A DNA stretch of 64,000 nucleotides from Sediminibacterium sp. (GCA_040403845.1 JBBAJU010000010.1:12369-76368), one strand, 5' to 3'; numbered from the stretch's first letter, positions 1 to 9,708 are shown. The notes: a model not told the origin generated them from the sequence alone. Numbers and translations are program-made.

Positions 1-77
1 ACGCTCTCAGAACCATTAATAAGAATGGTCTTAGTACAGTAATCAAAGAAATGAGAGCCAACGGCGCTAAAATCTAA
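1..77 (+). CDS. rpmB: 50S ribosomal protein L28, C-terminal part (truncated by window edge)
   Basis: Frame from nt 3 reads ALRTINKNGLSTVIKEMRANGAKI* (TAA 75-77); L28 C-terminal signature, directly upstream of rpmG. Confidence 0.85.
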   Translation, partial: ALRTINKNGLSTVIKEMRANGAKI

Positions 78-101
78 CTAAAAAAGTAAACTACCTACAA
101 A

Positions 102-284
102 ATGGCAAAGAAAGGTAACAGGGTTCAAGTAATATTAGAGTGCACTGAGCACAAGACCAGCGGTCAGGCCGGTACAAGTCGTTATATTACCACTAAGAAC
201 AAGAAGAATACGCCTGAGCGTATTGAATTGAAGAAATTCAACCCAATTTTGAAAAAAGTAACCGTTCATAAAGAAATCAAATAA
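102..284 (+). CDS. rpmG: 50S ribosomal protein L33
   Basis: [17 protein letters not shown]...[15 protein letters not shown]...HKEIK, typical Bacteroidota L33. Confidence 0.97.
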   Translation: MAKKGNRVQVILECTEHKTSGQAGTSRYITTKNKKNTPERIELKKFNPILKKVTVHKEIK

Positions 285-286
285 TC

Positions 287-460
287 ATGGCTAAAGTAGC
301 TTCCAAAAACGCGAAGGTAAAAGACTTAAAAGCAGCAGCTGAAGCAAAGAACTGGACTAAAGTAATTAAGGCCGTTCGTAGCCCTAAAACTGGTGCATAT
401 ACTTTCAAAGAGCAAATCATCCACAAAGACAAGGTAAACGAGTTTATCTCAACTAAGTAG
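287..460 (+). CDS. DUF4295-family small protein (57 aa, absent from the ORF track)
   Basis: Manual translation MAKVASKNAKVKDLKAAAEAKNWTKVIKAVRSPKTGAYTFKEQIIHKDKVNEFISTK*; KSPKTGAYTF-like motif and rpmG-X-ftsY position. Confidence 0.85.
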   Translation: MAKVASKNAKVKDLKAAAEAKNWTKVIKAVRSPKTGAYTFKEQIIHKDKVNEFISTK

Positions 461-481
461 TCTTTTGCTGTTAATAATCTT

Positions 482-514
482 AAAGCTTCCTTCATCATCG
501 TCGGAGGCTTTTTT
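482..514 (+). terminator. Intrinsic terminator of rpmB-rpmG-DUF4295
   Basis: AAGCTTCC...GGAGGCTT stem (one G-U) followed by T-run. Confidence 0.65.
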
Positions 515-539
515 GTATTAAACCATAAATACTTGAACT

Positions 540-1499
540 ATGGGTTTTTTCGATAAATTATTTGGTAAAAAAGAGAAAGAAAGTCTTGACCAAGGGCTGC
601 AAAAAACCAAGGAAGGATTTTTGTCTAAAATAACCAAAGCAATTGTTGGTAAAACTACCATCGACGATGAAGTGCTGGATAATTTAGAAGAAGCATTGAT
701 TGGTGCAGATGTTGGGGTTGAAACTACCTTGAAGATTATCAAGCAAATTGAACAGAGAGCAAAAAATGATAAATATCTCAATACTAGTGAGTTAAATAAG
801 ATACTTCAAGAAGAAATTGCATCCGTTTTAGTAGATGCACCTGCAGATTCATTGATTGGGTTTACTGCACCTGAAGGCAAAAAGCCGTATATCATATTGG
901 TAGTTGGGGTGAATGGGGTAGGTAAAACAACTACAATTGGAAAACTGGCTTCTCGCTTTAAAGCAGCTGGTAATTCTGTTATTCTTGGGGCAGCAGATAC
1001 ATTTAGAGCGGCTGCTGTAGACCAATTGACCATTTGGAGTGAACGTGTGGGTGTGCCAATCGTAAAGCAAGCGATGGGCTCTGATCCCAGTGCGGTAGCG
1101 TATGATACAGTGGCTAGTGCCGTTGCTAAAAATGCGGATATTGTCATTATTGATACTGCTGGTCGCTTACATAATAAAGCTCATTTAATGGATGAATTGA
1201 ACAAAATTAAACGAGTTATTCAAAAGGTTGTTCCTGATGGCCCTCATGAAGTTTTATTGGTTTTAGATGGCTCTACTGGTCAAAATGCAGTAGAACAAGC
1301 ACGCCATTTTACTGCTACAACCAATGTTACGGCCTTAGCCATCACTAAATTAGATGGTACGGCAAAGGGCGGGGTAGTATTAGCCATTGCCGATCAATTC
1401 AGTATTCCTGTAAAATATATTGGAGTAGGCGAAAAGGTTGAAGATTTACTCCTCTTTAATAAAGATGCTTTTGTTGATACATTATTTTCTATTCAATAA
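540..1499 (+). CDS. ftsY: Signal recognition particle receptor FtsY
   Basis: GVNGVGKTTT P-loop, DTFRAAA, DTAGR, TKLDGTAKGG motifs. Confidence 0.98.
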   Translation: MGFFDKLFGKKEKESLDQGLQKTKEGFLSKITKAIVGKTTIDDEVLDNLEEALIGADVGVETTLKIIKQIEQRAKNDKYLNTSELNKILQEEIASVLVDAPADSLIGFTAPEGKKPYIILVVGVNGVGKTTTIGKLASRFKAAGNSVILGAADTFRAAAVDQLTIWSERVGVPIVKQAMGSDPSAVAYDTVASAVAKNADIVIIDTAGRLHNKAHLMDELNKIKRVIQKVVPDGPHEVLLVLDGSTGQNAVEQARHFTATTNVTALAITKLDGTAKGGVVLAIADQFSIPVKYIGVGEKVEDLLLFNKDAFVDTLFSIQ

Positions 1500-1507
1500 T
1501 AAATAGT

Positions 1508-1918
1508 ATGAAAAAGGGACTACTTTTATTTGCTTTTGCAGCATTCGCTGCATCTAATGCCAATGCTCAATTAGGCAATGTATTAGACAAAGCCAAAGCG
1601 ATTACCAGTAATTCAGGATTTGATGTAAACAGTTTAACCAGTGGAATCATGGGAAAATTATCTCCCGCGCTAGTGCTTACTGCTGCACAAAAGACTAAAG
1701 TTGGAGCTGCTATAACCGATTATTTAACCCAGAAAGCTAAAATTATTGCAAAACAAAAAACCAACCCTGCTGAATATACGCAGCGCCAATCTGGAATTTT
1801 TCAAGGGCTAAAATCAAAATTGGCTGGAATATTGGTCAAAAATCAAATGAATAAATTCTTGGGTTTGAAACCTGCCACCAACGATCCAGCCAATGTATTG
1901 TCTCAATTATTTTTTTAG
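1508..1918 (+). CDS. Hypothetical secreted helical protein
   Basis: Sec signal peptide (MKKGLLLFAFAAFAASNANAQ); no family recognised. Confidence 0.7.
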   Translation: MKKGLLLFAFAAFAASNANAQLGNVLDKAKAITSNSGFDVNSLTSGIMGKLSPALVLTAAQKTKVGAAITDYLTQKAKIIAKQKTNPAEYTQRQSGIFQGLKSKLAGILVKNQMNKFLGLKPATNDPANVLSQLFF

Positions 1919-2391
1919 AAAGTATAGCGTATTGCAAGGCCTCCCCAACCGCCTTCGAAATAGTTGTATCCAATAATATTAAAGGAGGGCTGCCAATCAA
2001 AACTGAGGTTGAGCGGTGCTCCTTTGATTTTATAATCTAATCCTAAAACACCATCAACTCCTATTGCCAGTCCACTAGCCCTTGTGGGATACCTGTTTTT
2101 CCAACTATTGCTCCATATTCCAATATGTCCACCGCCTCCCACGTACCACTGTAAACCTTCGACTCGAGCGATTGGAAAGTGGAGTTCATATAAACCAGTC
2201 AATCTAAATCCATCCTCTGAAATATAGCCCAAGCCTTCAATGGCTTTACCTTTTGCAACAAAATGTTTTACCGATATAGCTCCTGGATACATTTTTACCC
2301 CTAAGGCTGTTTGATAACTCGTTCCATTATTTTGAGCGTAAATGGTTCCGCCAATAAGTATGGCAACTAATAGTGCAAGTGTTCTTCTCAT
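1915..2391 (-). CDS. Small outer-membrane beta-barrel protein
   Basis: Start moved to ATG 2391 (MRRTLALLVAIL..., signal peptide); amphipathic strands and C-terminal aromatic (IRYTF). Confidence 0.7.
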   Translation of the reverse strand: MRRTLALLVAILIGGTIYAQNNGTSYQTALGVKMYPGAISVKHFVAKGKAIEGLGYISEDGFRLTGLYELHFPIARVEGLQWYVGGGGHIGIWSNSWKNRYPTRASGLAIGVDGVLGLDYKIKGAPLNLSFDWQPSFNIIGYNYFEGGWGGLAIRYTF

Positions 2392-2489
2392 AGTCTTTGT
2401 TTTATTTTTTACTAACAAAATCATGCCAATTATCAACTGATTGAATAAAAAAATTGTTAAGCTGTTGAAGAGTTCCATTTATTTTAAAT

Positions 2490-2497
2490 TAGGTTTG
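2490..2497 (+). promoter_or_regulatory. Bacteroidota -7 promoter element
   Basis: TAGGTTTG matches TAnnTTTG, 4 nt before ATG 2502. Confidence 0.55.
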
Positions 2498-2501
2498 TAG
2501 C

Positions 2502-3467
2502 ATGTATTCATTTAAACAATTAGTTACGCAGTTTAGCGAACAATTTTCTTCGGCCCACTTTGATAGTGAACCTGCATCATTGTATGATCCTTGTAATTAT
2601 TTTTTAACGATTGGTGGGAAAAGAATCAGGCCCATCTTATGTTTAATGGGTAATGAACTGTTTAATGAAATTCATGCTGATGCATATCAACTTGCTACTG
2701 CTGTTGAGCTGTTTCACAATTTCACATTAATTCATGACGACATCATGGATGCAGCTGCTTTAAGACGTGGCATGGAAACGGTGCATACGAAGTACAATAA
2801 TAACACCGCTATTTTGGCGGGTGATGTGATGATGATCAAGTCTTACGAATACATTAATAAGATGAATGGTCCTTACTTACAAAAGATTCTCCGCATATTT
2901 AATACAACTGCAAAAGAAGTTTGTGAAGGCCAACAGATCGACATGGATTTTGAACAAAAAGACATGGTTTCTCTTGATCAATATATTCAAATGATTACCT
3001 TAAAAACCTCTGTTTTATTGGCGGCTAGTTTAGAAATGGGCGCAATCATTGGTGGTGCTAGCGAGGGGAATTGCCTACATTTATATGAGTTTGGTAAAAA
3101 TTTAGGGATTGCTTTTCAAATTCAAGACGACTATTTAGATGCATTTGGCGATCCTGAAAAATTTGGTAAAGAAGTAGGGGGAGATATCCGACAAAACAAA
3201 AAAACATTTTTGTTATTGCATACCCTTGAAGTTGCTCCTGAAGAACAGCGCCTCCAGTTAATGCAATTAATGAAGGATCAGTCTGCTGGTAAAGTAGATA
3301 AAGTTTTGTCTATTTATAAAGCTTGTGGGGTAGATGCTTGGGCTAATACTTTAAAAGAGCACTACTTAAATACTGCTTTGAAACACCTAGAAGCTATTGC
3401 AGTAGTTTCAACTAGAAAACAGCCATTGAAAGAATTGGCCAACTTCTTGATTCAACGAGATGTTTAA
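2502..3467 (+). CDS. Polyprenyl (FPP/GGPP) diphosphate synthase
   Basis: GGKRIRP, first Asp-rich motif DDIMD, GQQID, second motif DDYLD. Confidence 0.93.
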   Translation: MYSFKQLVTQFSEQFSSAHFDSEPASLYDPCNYFLTIGGKRIRPILCLMGNELFNEIHADAYQLATAVELFHNFTLIHDDIMDAAALRRGMETVHTKYNNNTAILAGDVMMIKSYEYINKMNGPYLQKILRIFNTTAKEVCEGQQIDMDFEQKDMVSLDQYIQMITLKTSVLLAASLEMGAIIGGASEGNCLHLYEFGKNLGIAFQIQDDYLDAFGDPEKFGKEVGGDIRQNKKTFLLLHTLEVAPEEQRLQLMQLMKDQSAGKVDKVLSIYKACGVDAWANTLKEHYLNTALKHLEAIAVVSTRKQPLKELANFLIQRDV

Positions 3468-3498
3468 TTTGCTTATCTTCCTACCAAAATAATTATAC

Positions 3499-5196
3499 AT
3501 GTCTTCTTTGTTTAGAAAGAAATCATTAGATAAAATTACTGCTGATGCAGCAGCTGGTATGAGTGATTCTCATGCCGGTGGGCTTAAAAAAGTGTTAGGT
3601 GTTAAAGACCTCACTTTTATGGGGATTGCAGCTGTTATTGGCGCAGGCATCTTCTCTACTATTGGGTCCGCCGCTTATAATGGAGGCCCAGGAATCGCTA
3701 TTTTATTTGTGATTACCGCAATCACTTGTGGCTTCAGTGCTTTATGTTATGCAGAGTTTGCAAGTAGAATTCCTATCTCTGGGAGCGCTTACACTTATGC
3801 CTATGTTTCTTTTGGTGAAGTAGTTGCGTGGATAATCGGATGGGCGCTTATTTTAGAATATGCTATTGGAAATATAGTTGTTGCCATTAGTTGGAGCGGC
3901 TATTTTAATAATTTATTAGAAGGCTTTCATATTCATTTACCAGGATGGTTGTCTACGAATGCAAGCAATGCACAACTAGGATATGAAGAAGCAGTGAAAG
4001 CATTAGCTGCTGGGGAAGCACCTGAAACTATGACCAAGCATGCAAAATTGGGGTATGATGCTATTATGAATGCCCCGATGATTGGTTCATGGAAAGTTAT
4101 TTTAAATGTTCCTGCATTTTTTATTGTTATGATGATTACTTGGTTGGCTTATATTGGTATTAAGGAAAGTAAGCGCAGTACCAATATCATGGTAATATTT
4201 AAATTAGCCGTAATTATTGGAATCATTATTGTTGGATTTTTCTATGTTGATAAAAATAATTGGACCCCATTCTTGCCAAATGGATTTGGAGGGGTATTAG
4301 CTGGGGTTTCTGCAGTATTCTATGCTTATATTGGATTTGATGCTATTTCTACTACAGCTGAAGAATGTAAAGATCCACAAAGAGATTTGCCAAAAGGAAT
4401 GATGTACTCTTTATTAATTTGTACCGTATTATATATTCTTGTGGCATTGGTTTTAACAGGAATGGTGCATTACAGTGAATTGAAAGTAGATGATCCTTTG
4501 GCTTATGTTTTTGATAAGTTGAATATGAATAAAATTGGTTACTTGATTTCTGTGAGTGCAGTAGTTGCGACTACCAGTGTTTTACTGGTTTTTCAAATGG
4601 GGCAACCACGTATTTGGATGAGTATGAGTAGGGATGGATTATTGCCTAAAAAATTTGCACAAGTGCATCCTAAATACCAGACCCCATCTTTTTCAACCAT
4701 TGTTACTGGTCTAATAGTTGGGATTCCTTCTTTGTTTATTAGTAGTGGGTTTATGACCGACCTTACCAGCATTGGAACTTTATTCGCTTTCGTTTTGGTT
4801 TGTTTTGGAGTATTGGTTTTACCTAAAATGGCCGAAGGTGCGGGAAAAAAGGGCTTTCAACTTCCATACATCAATGGCAAATTCATTATTCCTGTCATTG
4901 TTTTATTGATTACTTATTTGTTCAGAAATAGAATTAATGATGCGTTTGTGAACATGGGTAATGAAGGATTTCAAGAAGTCTTGTTTTTGATTTTTATGTT
5001 GATTGCATTGGTTACTGCATTCTATAGTTTTATGAGATCGTACTCCTTTATTCCTGTTGCAGGAGCACTATGTTGCTTGTACTTGATGATTGAAATACCA
5101 GCAATTAGTTGGTTATGGTTTTTTGGATGGATGGCATTGGGTTTAATTATTTATTTCTTTTACGGTAAAAACAAAAGCAAACTGGCTCAATCATGA
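3499..5196 (+). CDS. APC-family amino acid permease
   Basis: GIAAVIGAGIF, CYAEFASRIPISGSAYTY, AYIGFDAIST motifs; many TM helices. Confidence 0.93.
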   Translation: MSSLFRKKSLDKITADAAAGMSDSHAGGLKKVLGVKDLTFMGIAAVIGAGIFSTIGSAAYNGGPGIAILFVITAITCGFSALCYAEFASRIPISGSAYTYAYVSFGEVVAWIIGWALILEYAIGNIVVAISWSGYFNNLLEGFHIHLPGWLSTNASNAQLGYEEAVKALAAGEAPETMTKHAKLGYDAIMNAPMIGSWKVILNVPAFFIVMMITWLAYIGIKESKRSTNIMVIFKLAVIIGIIIVGFFYVDKNNWTPFLPNGFGGVLAGVSAVFYAYIGFDAISTTAEECKDPQRDLPKGMMYSLLICTVLYILVALVLTGMVHYSELKVDDPLAYVFDKLNMNKIGYLISVSAVVATTSVLLVFQMGQPRIWMSMSRDGLLPKKFAQVHPKYQTPSFSTIVTGLIVGIPSLFISSGFMTDLTSIGTLFAFVLVCFGVLVLPKMAEGAGKKGFQLPYINGKFIIPVIVLLITYLFRNRINDAFVNMGNEGFQEVLFLIFMLIALVTAFYSFMRSYSFIPVAGALCCLYLMIEIPAISWLWFFGWMALGLIIYFFYGKNKSKLAQS

Positions 5197-6218
5197 AGTA
5201 CCAAATAGGGGATGATATTTTAGTGTTGCATAGCAATGAAGAGGGTAAGGTAATTGAAATCATCAACGATAAAATGGTGATGATTGAAGTAAGAGGAGTG
5301 AAGTTCCCAGCCTATATGGATCAAATTGATTTTCCTTATTTCAAAAGATTTACTGAGAAAAAAAATATCCCTTCTAAAAAAATTGAGCCTAAAACATATG
5401 TTGATCAGTTGCCAAAAGAAAAGCCACAGCCTAATCAAATTAAGGTTTCAGAAGGGGTGTGGTTGTCATTTATTCCCAAGTTTGCTTTGGATGATTTTAA
5501 TGATGAAGTAGTAGAGTTGCTAAAAATACACTTAGTAAATAAAACCAGTCAAGGGTATCAATTTCTATATCATCAATACTTTAATGGAGCGGAATTTTTT
5601 TCGTTGAAAAATGAAATTCAACCCTTTCATGATTTTTATTTGCACGATATTAAATTTGAAGCAGTTAATGATACCCCTTCATTTTCATTTGATTTTAGTT
5701 TACTCAATCCACAAAAAGGGAAGGCAGATCATTACGAAGTTCAATTGAAACTAAAACCCAAACAGGTTTTTCAAAAAATTGAATTACTCAAAGAAAACAA
5801 TGAGCCCACTTTTTCGTACACTCTATTTAATGACTATCCAGATAAAGCTTTAGATGCCTTACCGCTTGATAGTTTGCGAGCGAAGGGGTATAAGGTATAT
5901 GATGCAGGAAAAGTAAAAGAATATTTACCTCCTGGTCGTTCAGTAATTGATTTGCATATTGAAAAGCTTACTGATGCCTACTCAACTATGAGTAACTTCG
6001 AAATTTTGACGCTTCAGTTAAGCGAATTAGAAAAATGGTTAGACATTGCTGTGGCGCATCGTCAAGCAGATATGGTAGTAATTCATGGAATGGGAACTGG
6101 TAAACTAAGAGAAGAAGTACATGAATTGCTTAAAATCAGAAGAGAAGTAAAACATTTTTATAATCAATACGATTCCCGATTTGGTTTTGGTGCAACCCAA
6201 GTTTTTTTTAAATATTAA
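5193..6218 (+). CDS. DUF2027 / Smr-domain protein
   Basis: N-terminal IGDDILVL...GKVIE SH3-like segment; C-terminal IDLHIE...VIHGMGTGKLR...GATQV Smr domain. Confidence 0.85.
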   Translation: MKYQIGDDILVLHSNEEGKVIEIINDKMVMIEVRGVKFPAYMDQIDFPYFKRFTEKKNIPSKKIEPKTYVDQLPKEKPQPNQIKVSEGVWLSFIPKFALDDFNDEVVELLKIHLVNKTSQGYQFLYHQYFNGAEFFSLKNEIQPFHDFYLHDIKFEAVNDTPSFSFDFSLLNPQKGKADHYEVQLKLKPKQVFQKIELLKENNEPTFSYTLFNDYPDKALDALPLDSLRAKGYKVYDAGKVKEYLPPGRSVIDLHIEKLTDAYSTMSNFEILTLQLSELEKWLDIAVAHRQADMVVIHGMGTGKLREEVHELLKIRREVKHFYNQYDSRFGFGATQVFFKY

Positions 6219-6251
6219 CGCTATTATATCTTTCTGTATCTTTATATAACT

Positions 6252-6613
6252 ATAAACCCGAGCCATCGCTCCAACTTGTTGGGGAGGAAAGTCCGGACAG
6301 TATAGAGCAACCCACCGGTTAAGCGCCGGCTTCCCAATTTATTGGGAAAGAGAGAGTGCCACAGAAAATAACTACCATGGTTAAACATGGAAAAGATGAA
6401 AATGTGAGGTAAGAGCTCACGGTGGTGGGTGGTAACACCTACTGCGGGTAAACCTTGGGTACTGTAATGCCATGTAAAGGATTGTTAGAGGGCGGCTCGT
6501 TCTCGTTTCCAATTTATTGGAACACCATCCAGGGTAGGCAGCAAGATCGCAATAGTAATGTTGCGGCCAGATAAATGATGGAATTGAAACAGAATCCGGC
6601 TTACGAGGTTTAT
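6252..6613 (+). ncRNA. rnpB: RNase P RNA (type A)
   Basis: GAGGAAAGTCCGG, AGTGCCACAGAAA and AACAGAATCCGGCTTAC conserved regions; P1 ATAAACC/GGTTTAT. Confidence 0.96.
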
Positions 6614-6668
6614 GGTTTTTTTTATTTTATTAGAACATCTATAGATGTCTTAGGTGTTTAGAAATAAA

Positions 6669-7146
6669 ATGAAAATGCTGTTCTTATTGTTCTTGACAAT
6701 AGGATTCCTATAGCTTTCTGCACAGTGTATATTTGTGAATATTAAAGGACCCAAGTGTGCTGGAGAAAACAATATTTCTAATACTTTTAGTAGGAACCCT
6801 TATCAAATTGAATGGGTCCACAATAATGTGGTTGTTCAAAAATCAAAAGTAGTTTTAAAAACTGTTGGAAGTACTATTGTTAGCGGGAATTTAGCCACTG
6901 TTTCCTAACCCTGTTTAGTATTCTACAAAAATTGTGTTTAAGCCTTTGACAAACGATAAAACATTTATAAAAGTTGTTTCTAATGGGGGCTTAGTCATGA
7001 TGAATAAGCAAATCAACACTAGTAATATTGAAGGGAATATGGTATATGATTTAGCATTAACCCAGTTGCCCAAAGGAGTATATACTGTTGAAATTGTTAC
7101 GGGATAGGGTAAAATCATTGCCCATAAGCAGTTTATTAAACTCTAG
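6669..7146 (+). pseudogene. Decayed T9SS cargo gene (signal peptide joined to type-A CTD)
   Basis: MKMLFLLFLTIGFL*LSAQ... then a frameshift near 6900 into FPNPV*YST...LPKGVYTVEIVTG*GKIIAHKQFIKL*; FPNP, LxxGVY and terminal KxxK are CTD hallmarks. Confidence 0.75.
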
Positions 7147-7169
7147 CACTAATCCTGCTTCAACTTTTG

Positions 7170-7177
7170 TATTTTTG
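7170..7177 (+). promoter_or_regulatory. -7 promoter element for prfB
   Basis: TATTTTTG, 4 nt before ATG 7182. Confidence 0.5.
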
Positions 7178-7181
7178 TTGC

Positions 7182-8271
7182 ATGACACAAGAGCAAGTTA
7201 AATTTATGAGGGACCGCGTAATGGTTCTGAGGAGGTTTCTTTGACGTTGATAATAGATTATACAAAGTAGATACCGACAGACAACTTTCCCTTTCACCAG
7301 GTTTTTGGGACGATAATGCCCGTGCCACTTCGGTGATGAAAGAAATCAAAGTAAATGAATACTGGCTAAAGTTGTACAAGCAATTAGAGAATGCTGTGGA
7401 AGACTTTGTGCTTTTATTTGATTACTGGAAAGCAGGCGATGCTACGGAAGATGAAACCAAGGAAGCATTTCAGTCTGCGCTTTCTCAGATTGAAGAAGCT
7501 GAATTCAAGAGCACACTCAACAAGCCCGAAGACGAATTGCAAGCTGTGCTCCAAATTAATCCTGGCGCAGGTGGTACCGAAAGTCAAGACTGGGCAGAAA
7601 TGTTGCTTAGAATGTATAGAATGTATGGTGAGAAGCAGGGGTGGAAAGTTACCGAACTCGATTTTCAAGAAGGGGATGGAGCAGGAATTAAAAGTGCAAC
7701 GCTTCAATTTGATGGGGATTTTGCTTATGGATTTTTAAAAGCGGAGAGTGGTGTGCATCGTTTGGTTCGTATATCTCCATTTGATAGTAATGCTAGAAGG
7801 CATACTTCTTTTGCATCCGTATTTGTATATCCACTAATTGACGAAAGCATTGAAATAAATGTTAACCCTAGCGATCTAGAATGGGCTTTTTACAGATCTG
7901 GTGGAAGCGGTGGTCAAAATGTAAATAAAGTAGAAACAGCTGTTCGGCTTAAACACTTGCCAAGCGGTATCATTGTTGAATGTCAGCAAGCAAGAACACA
8001 GGGCGAAAACAGAGAATTGGCCATGAAAATGTTGAAGAGCCGTTTGTATGAGGAAGAATTGAGAAAAAGACAAGAAGTGATTGACGCCACCAATGCTGGT
8101 AAGAAAAAAATTGAATGGGGAAGTCAAATTAGGTCTTACGTTTTTCATCCTTATAAAATGATCAAGGATCATCGAACAGATTATGAGGTAGGCAATATAG
8201 CTCCTGTGATGGACGGAGAAATTGATGGATTTATTAAAGCCTATTTAATGATGCAACAAGAAAATAGTTAA
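7182..8271 (+). CDS. prfB: Peptide chain release factor 2 with programmed +1 frameshift
   Basis: [20 protein letters not shown] then CTT TGA C shift into DVDNRL..., joining the 7333..8271 frame; SPF and GGQ motifs. Confidence 0.96.
7230..7245 (+). promoter_or_regulatory. prfB +1 frameshift site
   Basis: AGGAGG TTT CTT TGA C: internal SD-like sequence plus canonical CTT-TGA-C. Confidence 0.93.
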
Positions 8272-8279
8272 TTTTAGTT

Positions 8280-9671
8280 ATGTCTTTGGAACTGGAGCAA
8301 CCTAATTTATTTGAACAGTTTGAATTATTAATTCAAAAAGAAGATACCCTTGAAATAAGGGAATTCTTGAATGATCAAAATATTAGTGATGTTGCAAATT
8401 TGATTAATGAATATCCCGAATACGAAGCTCGGATTGTGGCTAATATGGCCATACATAGGGCAGCTAGCGTATTTAAAATCTTGGATATTGCACAACAAAA
8501 AGATATTGTAAAAGAACTGCCTTCGGCAAAAACTGCAGAATTATTAAACGAATTACCAGCGGATGATCGAACAGACTTTTTAGAAGAATTACCCAAAGCA
8601 GCAATAAGAGATTTAATTAAGTTATTAGACCCTGAGGAAAGAAAAATCACCCTGTCATTATTGGGTTATCCGGAAGATAGTGTTGGCCGATTGATGACAC
8701 CAGATTATGTGTATGTATACTTACACAATACCATGACCGAAGTGTTTGAAACCATTCGCAAATATGCTAGGAATAGTGAAACCATTGATGTGATTTATGT
8801 AATTGATGCGAATGGGCTATTGATTGATGATGTAAGAATTAGGGACATTATTTTAGCATCTCCCGAAAAAAGGATTGAAGATGTAATTGATGGGAGGGTT
8901 GTTTCTCTACAGGTTAATGATGACCAAGAAAATGCTAGTCAGGTTTTTAAAATGAATAATAGAGTAGCATTACCTGTTGTTGATGAAAATAATATTTTAT
9001 TAGGCATTGTAACCATCGATGACATGTTGTGGGTAGCCAATGAAGAGTTCAGTGAAGACATGCAGAAAATGGGTGGAACAGAAGCGTTGAATGAACCCTA
9101 TTTAGATATTCCATTATTGAAACTATTTAGAAAAAGGGTAGGGTGGTTAATCGTTTTATTTATTGGAGAATTACTAACTGCAACTGCAATGGGGCATTTT
9201 GAGGATGAAATTGCCAAGGCCTTGATACTGGCTTTATTTGTTCCCTTAATTATATCTAGTGGGGGCAATAGCGGATCCCAAGCTTCCACTTTGATTATTC
9301 AAGCAATGGCAGTTGGAGAAATATATATATCAGATTGGTGGAGAGTGCTAAAAAGAGAAATCATTAGTGGTGTTTTATTAGGCTCGGTCTTGGGGTTGTT
9401 AGGATTTTTTCGAGTAGCTATTTGGCACGCTATTATTCCTAATGTGTATGGCCCTCATTGGGCAATGATTGGAGCAACAGTTGGCTTCTCCCTCATTGGT
9501 GTGGTTTTGTGGGGAACGCTAACAGGCTCGATGTTGCCGATCTTATTAAAAAAACTTGGGGCTGATCCTGCAGTTTCTTCTGCTCCATTTGTAGCAACTT
9601 TAGTGGATGTAACTGGGTTGATTATCTATTTTAGTTTTGCTTATCTGTTTTTAGCAGGACTACTTTTGTAA
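8280..9671 (+). CDS. mgtE: Magnesium transporter MgtE
   Basis: YPEDSVGRLMT, CBS pair, GGNSGSQ, DPAVSSAPFVATLVDVTG. Confidence 0.96.
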   Translation: MSLELEQPNLFEQFELLIQKEDTLEIREFLNDQNISDVANLINEYPEYEARIVANMAIHRAASVFKILDIAQQKDIVKELPSAKTAELLNELPADDRTDFLEELPKAAIRDLIKLLDPEERKITLSLLGYPEDSVGRLMTPDYVYVYLHNTMTEVFETIRKYARNSETIDVIYVIDANGLLIDDVRIRDIILASPEKRIEDVIDGRVVSLQVNDDQENASQVFKMNNRVALPVVDENNILLGIVTIDDMLWVANEEFSEDMQKMGGTEALNEPYLDIPLLKLFRKRVGWLIVLFIGELLTATAMGHFEDEIAKALILALFVPLIISSGGNSGSQASTLIIQAMAVGEIYISDWWRVLKREIISGVLLGSVLGLLGFFRVAIWHAIIPNVYGPHWAMIGATVGFSLIGVVLWGTLTGSMLPILLKKLGADPAVSSAPFVATLVDVTGLIIYFSFAYLFLAGLLL

Positions 9672-9708
9672 AAGTCTGCGTTGATTTTCCTAAGTTTAAG
9701 GTTAATTC

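Noticed and set aside
6669-7146. TAG stop-codon reassignment suggested by three in-frame TAGs
   Set aside because: Intact genes end in TAG (458-460, 40586-40588, 51952-51954), and the relic also has a frameshift and a deletion
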